The translations under genes and the position numbers were made by a program. Positions 30,077 to 38,251 of a DNA stretch of 64,000 nt are shown in pieces (the first letter of the stretch is position 1; every line of letters begins with the position of its first letter). The notes beneath the pieces are model-generated. The model made no database searches. It was not told where the DNA came from and saw only the letters and a program-made list of their open reading frames with translations. This DNA is from Schleiferiaceae bacterium (GTDB lineage Bacteria; Bacteroidota; Bacteroidia; Flavobacteriales; Schleiferiaceae). Location: NCBI GenBank assembly GCA_049611965.1, contig JBMZBC010000002.1:28473-92472 (forward strand), given 5' to 3'.

Positions 30077-30638
30077 CGTTTACTGTGATTTCACCCTGAA
30101 CCTTAAAGATCCGGTAATTATTAAATTCTTGATCGGCCTCGAAACCTAAACCAGTGATCAACTGCCCTTCGGTTTCTATGGTCACCTTCTTATCTGTATA
30201 CAATCGTTCCTCTTTCTTATCCCAGAACAAAAGTTCAGTCAGCATTCGCTCACCTTTTCCGTTGCGTACTATCACATTTCCGCCGATCGCCCATAGATCA
30301 CTTTTCTTATCCTGGTGTGCGGTATCCGCTGTCATCACCGTCGAGCTCATCTCTGGACCATTGTAAAAGCGCACGTTTAATCCGCCTCCGAAGAACACAT
30401 ATGGTGGTTCCATGTTGCCGTAATCCTGCACTAAGGCAGCATCAATCTCAAGGATATTTATGCCACTATCGCTGTAGACGATGTTGGCATGACGTTGTTC
30501 GTTCAAGGGATAATTGACGAGCGGCGCATTGATTTCCTCAACAACGTTCTCGTCGTTGGTACACGAAGAAAACGCAAGCAAAACGAGGGCGAAAGAAACA
30601 ATATGTTGAAGGTTCCTGTACAATGCTGGTGCTGTCAA
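30069..30638 (-). CDS. LptC-like (OstA-like fold) lipoprotein
   Basis: Lipoprotein-type signal (LAFSSC), about 190 aa, and a beta-jellyroll-like sequence in the usual Bacteroidota neighbourhood. The start is uncertain (TTG 30638 or TTG 30623). Confidence 0.55.
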   Translation of the reverse strand: MTAPALYRNLQHIVSFALVLLAFSSCTNDENVVEEINAPLVNYPLNEQRHANIVYSDSGINILEIDAALVQDYGNMEPPYVFFGGGLNVRFYNGPEMSSTVMTADTAHQDKKSDLWAIGGNVIVRNGKGERMLTELLFWDKKEERLYTDKKVTIETEGQLITGLGFEADQEFNNYRIFKVQGEITVNDE

Positions 30639-30647
30639 TTATCCTTT

Positions 30648-30655
30648 CAAATGTA
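30648..30655 (-). promoter_or_regulatory. candidate -7 box TACATTTG for lptC-like operon
   Basis: Exact TAnnTTTG on the minus strand, between the upstream terminator and the lptC-like start. Confidence 0.35.
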
Positions 30656-30658
30656 GGC

Positions 30659-30694
30659 CAAAAAAAAACTCCCCGAGGCGCGGCCTCGGGGAGT
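30659..30694 (-). terminator. rho-independent terminator after TPR-like gene
   Basis: Perfect 12-bp stem ACTCCCCGAGGC/GCCTCGGGGAGT followed on the minus strand by a U-run of about 9. Confidence 0.75.
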
Positions 30695-30717
30695 TCACAA
30701 AATTTATTGTCTCGTGT

Positions 30718-32136
30718 TTAGTAGAACTTCACACTTACTGTTTCATTGATCCAACACCCGATGTTGATCTGATCACCTTCTTTAAAGCCAAGCTGGAACG
30801 CTACACCTTTGTCCGGTACTGCTGCGCTGTAAGCAGCGATCAATTTAGACGCTTTGTCTGCAATGGTTGGGTCAATGCTGCGTGCATAGCTTAGCTTGTT
30901 GATTGCTGCCCAGTACACGGCATTTTTTTCAACAGCGTTTGAACCACATTGACCTGCTGCATCAGCATACAATGTTGCCAAATACAAATACGGGTTACCC
31001 CAATCTTTACGAAGCTGTCCTGCTTTCAAACAGTTGCTCTTCGCTGAAGACATCGCACCCATCTTGTTGTTGACATACGCTAGACCCATGTAATCGTCTG
31101 CAGTCTTGCGCAAGTCTTCTTCCTGATCAATAGCTTCCTTGTAGTACTTCTTAGCCATCGCCCAGTCGCTTTTACGAACACCTAGTTTTGCCATAGAACG
31201 TGCAGCACTTGCAGAAGGCTCCAAAGAGTAAAGACGCTCTGCGATTAACAAGAATACAGGGTTATCTGTACAGCTTGCCATTTCGCCATCCTCACCTTCA
31301 CGCTCTTTCTGAAGCATCTTCGCCGCGCGCTTCAACCACTCTACGTCGTCTTGGTGCTCGTTGAATTTCTCTTCGTTGTAGATAACAGCAAGTTTCTCGC
31401 ACGTTAATAATGGAGACAACGCCTTCTCGATGTTGCTCTGAACTTTATCGTAGTTCGGCAATGTCTTTTGAGCGCGTGCCAAGGCTTTCTTTTCTTTAGA
31501 AGACAATTCTACTGAATCTGCTTTGGCGCTAAGGTTTGAAATCTCATTGCTGTATTGCATAGAGTTGTATTCCAATGCTTCGATCACATTGTTGTACACT
31601 GAGAACAAGGCGTCCACATCTTTGGTGATGTTGAACAACTTAATGTTTGTCAGGAAGTAAGCGTTCAGCTGAGAAGCGGACATATCCTTACCTGCAACAG
31701 CGTATGCTTCTTCAAAAAGTACAGCCGCAGCTTCCACGCTGTCTTTGTTGTACTTGATGTACTTCGATGCTTTCTCTGACAATACATAACCTTCTTTACC
31801 TGGGAAGTACTGAAGACGATCATCGTACAAGCTAACGAGTAGGTCAACATATCCTTGGCGCTCTGCAGGATCTGTTGTTGCCTTAATTTTCGTTTCAACA
31901 ATCTTTGGACCGTAGATGAACGTTGCTTTTTTCGCAGCAGGACAAGTCTGGTAAACTTTCAACCATGGCTCGAAAGCACCAGCATAATCCTTGCTCTGAT
32001 AGAAAGAACCAAAGATGTTGTAGTTGTCATAACAAATCACAGAATCGGCTACCGATTCACCCCATTTATTTTGGGCATTTACGTTAGCAGTCATTACTAC
32101 TGCCACAAGAAGGAATACTATTCTCTTCATAATCAA
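30718..32136 (-). CDS. secreted TPR-like repeat protein (hypothetical)
   Basis: Signal peptide MIMKRIVFLLVAVVMTANVNAQ followed by helical repeats. Confidence 0.7.
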   Translation of the reverse strand: MIMKRIVFLLVAVVMTANVNAQNKWGESVADSVICYDNYNIFGSFYQSKDYAGAFEPWLKVYQTCPAAKKATFIYGPKIVETKIKATTDPAERQGYVDLLVSLYDDRLQYFPGKEGYVLSEKASKYIKYNKDSVEAAAVLFEEAYAVAGKDMSASQLNAYFLTNIKLFNITKDVDALFSVYNNVIEALEYNSMQYSNEISNLSAKADSVELSSKEKKALARAQKTLPNYDKVQSNIEKALSPLLTCEKLAVIYNEEKFNEHQDDVEWLKRAAKMLQKEREGEDGEMASCTDNPVFLLIAERLYSLEPSASAARSMAKLGVRKSDWAMAKKYYKEAIDQEEDLRKTADDYMGLAYVNNKMGAMSSAKSNCLKAGQLRKDWGNPYLYLATLYADAAGQCGSNAVEKNAVYWAAINKLSYARSIDPTIADKASKLIAAYSAAVPDKGVAFQLGFKEGDQINIGCWINETVSVKFY

Positions 32137-32143
32137 TTGTTGT

Positions 32144-33505
32144 TTATCTATATCTAAATTTCTGGAACCACTTGTCGTTCAAAGTGATACCTAGATTGAA
32201 ATTCCAATAATCTTCGCGGAGGTTCGCTGAGTTTCCATCCCATCTTTGACCTCTCCCCATACTTATATTCAAAAAGCTTGCCTTTTGTTCACCAGGCGCT
32301 AAAGATCTGTAGATCACTGGGAAGCTTATGCCGGCATTAAACTCACGTGAGGTATAGCCTACACCATCCCATTGGTATTGTCCAACTTCCTGAAATGCAC
32401 CAATGCGGTAGCGTGCTAGCACAAAGTAGTTTCTGCTTCTTCCAAGCGCCGGAAAGCAGTAGGCAGGCACAATCGCTGCACCAAAACTCATGCGCTCGCT
32501 GTTGAGCATTGTTGCTCCGGGGTCAATACCTCCGTTTGGAATGAATGATCTGAATTCGTCCCAGTTAGTCACGCGGTAATCCACCAATATGTCCCAAGCG
32601 TTGATTGGAGAATTATTGACGTTTTTGGTAAAGCCAATCCCCACACCATAACTGGACGGTAGTACGGCGCGACCTTGTTCACTTAAATCGTAAAAGAGCG
32701 TATCAACTACAGATTCCACGATCCCGCTGTTGATGAAGGTGTATTGTGTAGAGATTTGACGCGCATTAAGATCTTGACCTAAAGCGTAAACGCCACCGGC
32801 CGTGATGCGGTATTCACCAAATTCGAATTTAAGCTGTGTTCCTAAATCAAAAGTGAAATCACTAATACCTGTTCTTCGCGAATTACTTACCGACAAGAAA
32901 TCCGGATCAGCAATGATGGTTTTATTGCTTTCGTCGATCTCACCAAAAATGTATTTAGCATTGGCCCCCACAGAAATCCATTTAAATGGCTGTGCAGCAA
33001 GTCCAAAAGTGAATTTATCGTAACCGCCTTTACCAATTGAACGGTATTCATATACGCCAAAATCGTCCGATGAATCGGCCACGCTAATGCTGTATCCTTT
33101 CGCTGCCAATGGACTTACAGAAAAAGAGCCTGCGAAATACTCGTTGAATTTGAAACCAAATCCGAAGTAATCGTAGTAGGTGTTAAAATTCGTCTGATCA
33201 ATGTCCTCGTCTGTTATTCGGTGTCTAAAAGATCGATGCGCACCACTCATTTCTAAAGTGGCGAAATCCATGTTTGTGTATCCCGCAGGGTTCAGCATAT
33301 TGATCGAGAAGCGATCAACATTAGCAATTCCCGTCCCGCCCATAGCGAGATAATTTGGAGTAATTCCAAAGGATGTTTCACCAAAACCGTTGATACTTAA
33401 CGGACTTACTGAGTTGGTCTGAGCAGCTACACTACCTGGTACCACTAGGCTCAGCGCAAAAAGTGTGGCTGAAAGAAGAGCTTTAAAGCGTACCGTTTTC
33501 GGCAT
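32144..33505 (-). CDS. putative outer-membrane beta-barrel protein
   Basis: Signal peptide (MPKTVRFKALLSATLFALSLVVPGSVAAQ) and an alternating hydrophobic beta-strand pattern rich in aromatic residues and Gly. Start re-picked to the internal ATG. Confidence 0.65.
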   Translation of the reverse strand: MPKTVRFKALLSATLFALSLVVPGSVAAQTNSVSPLSINGFGETSFGITPNYLAMGGTGIANVDRFSINMLNPAGYTNMDFATLEMSGAHRSFRHRITDEDIDQTNFNTYYDYFGFGFKFNEYFAGSFSVSPLAAKGYSISVADSSDDFGVYEYRSIGKGGYDKFTFGLAAQPFKWISVGANAKYIFGEIDESNKTIIADPDFLSVSNSRRTGISDFTFDLGTQLKFEFGEYRITAGGVYALGQDLNARQISTQYTFINSGIVESVVDTLFYDLSEQGRAVLPSSYGVGIGFTKNVNNSPINAWDILVDYRVTNWDEFRSFIPNGGIDPGATMLNSERMSFGAAIVPAYCFPALGRSRNYFVLARYRIGAFQEVGQYQWDGVGYTSREFNAGISFPVIYRSLAPGEQKASFLNISMGRGQRWDGNSANLREDYWNFNLGITLNDKWFQKFRYR

Positions 33506-34184
33506 AATAATCGTAGAGGCGCCTAATGGCATGTAGTTCATAATTAACGGGTGCAAATATGTAGTTTTTTAGGGGCTTAGGCAAACGTTCTGAATGACCT
33601 CCGCAAATAAGGACTTCATTTAGTTTGAAAGTTGAAGTATAGTCGGCAATCATTCCTTCCATTTCTTTCTGCAATGCTATATCTACACCGGCTTGCAAAC
33701 TACCTTCGGTATCTGAACCCAACAACGCTGAAGTCTCAGAATATTGGATGCGCGGCAAGGCCGCTGTCATCGTATTCATGGCCTCGTATCGCATTTCCCA
33801 GCCGGGCGAAATGGCACCGCCTAAAAACACTCCTTCACGGACAACATTGTAGGTGATACAAGTGCCCATAGTAACCAAAAGAAAGTTCTGATGACCTTCA
33901 AGAAAATGCGCATTACAAAGCGCCCAACGGTCCATTCCCAAAGTAGACATGCTGCTGTACTTGGATGCTAACGGCCATACATCATCTTCCTTCAATAGGC
34001 GAATAGACTGACTTTGGTCAAAGCGTAAAGAGGTTGAGCCAGATGCGTATCCAAAAAATTGTCGACGCTCGTTTTCTTTAAGAAAGCCCACGAAATCGTC
34101 TTTTGAGAACCTAAGGATTTCATTGGTACTGGTGTCCAACACCTTAGCTGTAGTGTTCCCTAGATCAAAAAGTATTGGATTCAT
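33483..34184 (-). CDS. coaX: type III pantothenate kinase
   Basis: MNPILFDLGNTTAKV phosphate-1 motif and a GTCITYNVV / ICGGHS ASKHA fold. Confidence 0.9.
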   Translation of the reverse strand: MNPILFDLGNTTAKVLDTSTNEILRFSKDDFVGFLKENERRQFFGYASGSTSLRFDQSQSIRLLKEDDVWPLASKYSSMSTLGMDRWALCNAHFLEGHQNFLLVTMGTCITYNVVREGVFLGGAISPGWEMRYEAMNTMTAALPRIQYSETSALLGSDTEGSLQAGVDIALQKEMEGMIADYTSTFKLNEVLICGGHSERLPKPLKNYIFAPVNYELHAIRRLYDYYAENGTL

Positions 34185-34225
34185 AGTTTTCTCGCCTTAG
34201 CAGCGGGCAATTTACCGATTGACCG

Positions 34226-34233
34226 CAAAAATA
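34226..34233 (-). promoter_or_regulatory. candidate -7 box TATTTTTG for coaX cluster
   Basis: Exact TAnnTTTG on the minus strand, 41 nt upstream of ATG 34184. Confidence 0.4.
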
Positions 34234-34278
34234 GTTGACTTTTTTTCGTTAACCCTTTCCCAAATCGGGGAACCCACT

Positions 34279-34286
34279 TATATTTG
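34279..34286 (+). promoter_or_regulatory. candidate -7 box TATATTTG for tRNA-Phe
   Basis: Exact TAnnTTTG 15 nt before the mature tRNA 5' end. Confidence 0.45.
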
Positions 34287-34301
34287 CCGTCCTCTTACGG
34301 A

Positions 34302-34377
34302 GGTGATGTAGCTCAGTTGGTAGAGCAATGGATTGAAAATCCATGTGTCGGCGGTTCGATTCCGTCCATCACCACCA
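34302..34377 (+). tRNA. tRNA-Phe (anticodon GAA), CCA encoded
   Basis: Hand-folded cloverleaf: acceptor GGTGATG/CATCACC, D-arm GCTC/GAGC, anticodon stem ATGGA/TCCAT with loop TTGAAAA, T-arm GGCGG/CCGTC (one G-U pair) with TTCGATT, then discriminator A + CCA. Confidence 0.95.
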
Positions 34378-34380
34378 GCA

Positions 34381-34412
34381 AAAGCCTCTTGGGACTCCAA
34401 GAGGCTTTTTTA
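34381..34412 (+). terminator. rho-independent terminator after tRNA-Phe
   Basis: 12-bp stem AAAGCCTCTTGG/CCAAGAGGCTTT, loop GACT, followed by a T-run. Confidence 0.75.
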
Positions 34413-34463
34413 ATGTCTTTTATAAGCATAACGTTGGCAAACTACAACTTCTATACACCAAAC

Positions 34464-34489
34464 TGGTAACCACTCAAATTTGGTTACCA
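34464..34489. repeat. perfect 9-bp inverted repeat TGGTAACCA-n8-TGGTTACCA (function unknown)
   Basis: Read directly from the sequence. Each arm is itself nearly palindromic. It lies in the AT-rich spacer downstream of tRNA-Phe. Confidence 0.9.
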
Positions 34490-34624
34490 TTGAAAGACAG
34501 TATCGGCAGATGAACACTTTATACTTTGATAATCAAAATTTTAGCTGTTGACAAATTATTCACATCTGCGTCAACTAGACTTTTGCAGCATCGATATTTG
34601 TAGGTATCCAACAGATAGAGTGTT

Positions 34625-34837
34625 ATGCACCCACTGAAGAAAGATGAAGTTGCATTGATTAACAAGATGAAGTTTGAGACGAAGAATGTACTCGAGCACC
34701 TCAATCGTGTCGCAGATCAAAGCAAAAAAATCAATCGAGAAGAGATGGAACGTCGTTTGACAGAACTGTCTCGTTACTCCAAAAAACTTGCGCTACTTCA
34801 GCGTGAAATTGACCTTGAAATAGAGCGCCAAAATTAA
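34625..34837 (+). CDS. hypothetical small charged coiled-coil protein
   Basis: A 70-aa ORF in an AT-rich region with a heptad-like K/E/R-rich sequence. There is no family recognition and coding status is uncertain. Confidence 0.3.
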   Translation: MHPLKKDEVALINKMKFETKNVLEHLNRVADQSKKINREEMERRLTELSRYSKKLALLQREIDLEIERQN

Positions 34838-34876
34838 AATTTGCTATTCCCGCGAACTTTTTTGAATCTTTGATTG

Positions 34877-34888
34877 TTGTTATAACAA
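34877..34888. promoter_or_regulatory. 12-bp perfect palindrome TTGTTATAACAA, candidate operator upstream of pirin operon
   Basis: Read directly from the sequence, 18 nt upstream of ATG 34906. Any function is inferred. Confidence 0.25.
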
Positions 34889-34905
34889 CTAAATACCACA
34901 TCTCT

Positions 34906-35625
34906 ATGAAACAAGTATTGCATCTCGCGCATGAACGCGGTAGCGCAAATCACGGGTGGCTTAATAGTCACCACAGCTTCAGCTTTGCCAACTATTACAA
35001 CCCACAGAAAATGAACTTCGGCTTGTTGCGTGTTTTAAACGACGATACCGTAGCACCTGGAATGGGTTTTGGTAAGCATCCCCACGACAACATGGAAATT
35101 ATTTCTATTCCCCTTCAAGGAGACTTAGAACATGAGGACAGTATGGGAAACAAGGCCGTTATTCGTGAAGGTGAGATTCAAGCCATGAGTGCCGGGACAG
35201 GCATTTTTCATAGTGAATACAATGCGAGTAAATCGGACGAAGTGAAATTCCTTCAGATTTGGATTTTCCCAAGAGAAAAGGATGTTACTCCGCGCTACGA
35301 TCAAATCCTATTACCCGACCTTTCAAAAGCCAATACCTTACATCAAGTGCTCAGTCCAAATCCAGATGACGCAGGAATATGGGTACATCAAGACGCCTGG
35401 TTCCATATGGGGACTTTCAACCAAGGCGCTGCACAGTCTTACGGGATAAAACGCGCCAGCAATGGTGTATACGCTTTCATCATTGACGGCTCATTCGAGA
35501 TTGAAGGTCAAAAACTGAGTAAACGAGATGCTCTAGGACTCTGGGAGACAGATACTATCCAAATCAAAAGTTTAGAAGCAGGGAGTCGATTGTTACTGAT
35601 TGACGTTCCAATGAATTTTAGCTAA
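34906..35625 (+). CDS. pirin-family bicupin protein
   Basis: Cupin metal-site region HPHDNMEIISIPLQGDLEHEDSMGN and a two-cupin length. ATG 34906 (MKQVLHLAHERG...). Confidence 0.9.
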   Translation: MKQVLHLAHERGSANHGWLNSHHSFSFANYYNPQKMNFGLLRVLNDDTVAPGMGFGKHPHDNMEIISIPLQGDLEHEDSMGNKAVIREGEIQAMSAGTGIFHSEYNASKSDEVKFLQIWIFPREKDVTPRYDQILLPDLSKANTLHQVLSPNPDDAGIWVHQDAWFHMGTFNQGAAQSYGIKRASNGVYAFIIDGSFEIEGQKLSKRDALGLWETDTIQIKSLEAGSRLLLIDVPMNFS

Positions 35626-35939
35626 TGCTCCATACCCCTATCAAATTTGTGGCATTCAATACCAATGAGCAGATTCTCCGGATTCTCATGCGCATTCTAA
35701 AACGCGGAGCATCCTGGGAGTGCTCGGGTATAGCTCAAATTGAACAGGTACAAAGTGCTTTAGAAGGCAAGCCCGATGTATTAGTCATCGGCGTTGGTGG
35801 ACAAGAGCAATTCATCGCACAGTGGACAAACTATTGTGAATCACAAAACATACACATCATTCATCATTACGGTGGAGGCAGTGGCTTGCTGTTTAATAGC
35901 ATTCAAGCATACTTGGACCAGAGAGAACAATCGTCCTAG
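35625..35939 (+). CDS. hypothetical 104-aa protein (possible receiver-like alpha/beta fold)
   Basis: TAATG overlap with the pirin stop. The alternating beta/alpha pattern (KFVAF...PDVLVIGVGG...IHIIHHYGGG) recalls a receiver-like fold. I recognise no family. Confidence 0.6.
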   Translation: MLHTPIKFVAFNTNEQILRILMRILKRGASWECSGIAQIEQVQSALEGKPDVLVIGVGGQEQFIAQWTNYCESQNIHIIHHYGGGSGLLFNSIQAYLDQREQSS

Positions 35940-35974
35940 AAAGGCGTTAACTTTGCAAAGCAAAACCGATCGTC

Positions 35975-37306
35975 ATGAAAGAGCCAATTAAAGGATTTTC
36001 AAAACTCAGCAAGGCTGCAAAGCTGGAATGGCTGACGCAGAACAACTTCGAAAATCCAGAAGCAACCCTCGAACTTTTCCAGAGTTATTGGCACAACGAT
36101 GAAAGCGTGCAGAAGAAGCACGACGATTTCATCGAGAACACCATGACGAATTATTACATGCCGTTCGGTGTAGCTCCTAACTTCCAAATCAACGGCAAAC
36201 TCTACACCCTACCCATGGCCATAGAAGAGAGTTCAGTCGTTGCAGCCGCAGCAAAAAGTGCGAGCTATTGGATGGCCCGCGGTGGGTTCAAGACCGAAGT
36301 TGTGAGCACAGAAAAAATTGGCCACGTACACTTCATGTATGAAGGTGATGCGTCGCCACTCTTTAATGACTTTAATGCTTTAGAAGTACAACTTCGCGCT
36401 GCAACAAAGGAGCTCACTGCCAATATGGAAGCCCGTGGTGGTGGGATTACCGCTATCACATTGGTCGATAAAACGGCTGACCTTGACGACTATTACCAAA
36501 TCGAAGTTTGTTTCGAAACTTGTGATTCAATGGGGGCCAATTTTATCAATTCCAACCTCGAAGAAATGGCCAAAAGCTTGGAAGCCTTCACAGCGGCTCA
36601 CCAAGACCTCAACGAAGACAAGCTAGAGGTAGTTATGCGCATTCTCAGTAATTACACGCCGAAATGTATCGTTCGTGCCTCTGTAAGCTGTCCCATTAGC
36701 GATCTGGCAAGTGAAGGAACTACAGGCGAGGATTTTGCCCGCAAATTCAAACGCGCCATTGATATCGCCAATGCGGAGCCGTATCGTGCAACTACGCATA
36801 ACAAGGGCATCATGAACGGTATAGATGCACTTATCATTGCGACAGGTAATGATTTTAGAGCTGTTGAGGCAGCCTGTCACACCTATGCTTCTAAATCCGG
36901 TCAATACCGCAGTCTAACTCACTGTAGTGTAGAAAACGGTACGTTTACCTACTGGATCGAAATTCCATTGGCCCTTGGGGTTGTTGGTGGTTTGACCAAA
37001 TTGCACCCATTAGTGGTTAAAGCACTCGAGATGTTGGGCAAGCCAAATGCAGAGGAATTGATGGGGATTGTTGCCGTCAGTGGCCTTGCGCAGAACTTCG
37101 CTGCACTCCGAGCATTGGTGACAACTGGCATTCAAAAAGGGCACATGAAGATGCACCTGATGAACATCTTAAACCAACTTGAAGCCACGCCTGAAGAGAA
37201 GGTTATTGTAGCCAATTACTTCAAAGATAAGGTCCCCCATCACCGTGAGGTTGTGAATTACTTCTGTAATTTGCGTGGAGTCCCAGTACCAAAGGTTGGT
37301 GGCTAA
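35975..37306 (+). CDS. mvaA: hydroxymethylglutaryl-CoA reductase, class II
   Basis: Class II hallmarks are present: MPFGVAPNF.INGK...PMAIEESSVVAAA, DSMGANFIN, NKGIMNGIDA, GVVGG. Confidence 0.92.
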   Translation: MKEPIKGFSKLSKAAKLEWLTQNNFENPEATLELFQSYWHNDESVQKKHDDFIENTMTNYYMPFGVAPNFQINGKLYTLPMAIEESSVVAAAAKSASYWMARGGFKTEVVSTEKIGHVHFMYEGDASPLFNDFNALEVQLRAATKELTANMEARGGGITAITLVDKTADLDDYYQIEVCFETCDSMGANFINSNLEEMAKSLEAFTAAHQDLNEDKLEVVMRILSNYTPKCIVRASVSCPISDLASEGTTGEDFARKFKRAIDIANAEPYRATTHNKGIMNGIDALIIATGNDFRAVEAACHTYASKSGQYRSLTHCSVENGTFTYWIEIPLALGVVGGLTKLHPLVVKALEMLGKPNAEELMGIVAVSGLAQNFAALRALVTTGIQKGHMKMHLMNILNQLEATPEEKVIVANYFKDKVPHHREVVNYFCNLRGVPVPKVGG

Positions 37307-37313
37307 AGAGACC

Positions 37314-38219
37314 ATGCTGAATTACCGCGCAAACGGAAAGCTTTTACTTACTTCAGAATACGCCATAACACAAGGCGCAAAGGGTCTCGCTATTCCTACA
37401 ACTAAGGGTCAAACTTTACAAGTAGATTCGGAATCTAGTGATGAAGCCATTGTATGGGAATCTATAGCCCACGATGGGACAACGTGGTTTTCTGCCCGCT
37501 TAATGCCTAGAACTCTTGAAATCATTGAAAGCACTAATGCTAATGTAGCAGCTCGGTTGGTACAAAACCTTCAGGTTGTATTACAAAATACAGATCTGCT
37601 TGATCAGCCTCAGGGATTTACCACCCAATTGGAGTTTCCTAACGAATGGGGCCTGGGTTCTTCAAGTACTTTCACTAGCCTTCTTGCTCAATGTGCTGGA
37701 GTAAACGCACTAGAACATTTCAGAACAGTCCACGGCGGTAGTGGATATGACCTGGCCTGCGCCACGGCAGATGGCCCGATTATTTACCAACTTCAAAATG
37801 AAGCAGGCATTGTATGCCCAGCGACCATAGACTTTGATTTTACCGACGACCTTGGATTTGTTTATCTCGGGAAAAAGCAATTGACCTCTGAAAGTCTGAA
37901 TCTCGTGCAACGCAAACCGTTCTCACTCGCGCAAATTGAAACATTCAATGCTCTGACCGATGCGTTCCTCAATGCTTCCAATATAGATGACCTTGAGCGA
38001 GTTATCGAAGAGCATGAAAGCATACTATCCGAACATTTGGGCCTGGCTAAGGTTAAAGAAATGCACTTCTCATCGTATCCTGGCACAGCCAAAAGTTTAG
38101 GCGGCTGGGGTGGAGATTTTGCAATGGTAACTAGGTTTGCATCTTCCAGAAAATGGCTCACAGACAACGGATACAAAGTCATATTCCCTTTCAAAAGTTT
38201 AGGGCAGTTCGGCCAATAA
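37314..38219 (+). CDS. GHMP-family kinase of the Flavobacteriia 'GYDIA' type (putative mevalonate-pathway kinase)
   Basis: N-terminus ANGKLLLTSEYAI (compare the GK(L/V)(L/I)L.GEYAV pattern of MVA-pathway kinases as I recall it), a GLGSSST phosphate loop, and GSGYDLA. It starts 8 nt after the HMGR stop. Confidence 0.8.
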   Translation: MLNYRANGKLLLTSEYAITQGAKGLAIPTTKGQTLQVDSESSDEAIVWESIAHDGTTWFSARLMPRTLEIIESTNANVAARLVQNLQVVLQNTDLLDQPQGFTTQLEFPNEWGLGSSSTFTSLLAQCAGVNALEHFRTVHGGSGYDLACATADGPIIYQLQNEAGIVCPATIDFDFTDDLGFVYLGKKQLTSESLNLVQRKPFSLAQIETFNALTDAFLNASNIDDLERVIEEHESILSEHLGLAKVKEMHFSSYPGTAKSLGGWGGDFAMVTRFASSRKWLTDNGYKVIFPFKSLGQFGQ

Positions 38220-38251
38220 TATTGGGCACAATATTTGGTAGATTTACTCCA

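Noticed and set aside
34519-34704. 61-aa minus-strand ORF overlapping the small coiled-coil ORF (possible toxin-like peptide)
   Set aside because: It has no start context or motif and lies in AT-rich DNA, where short ORFs arise easily. I kept it only as part of the tRNA-Phe spacer observation.
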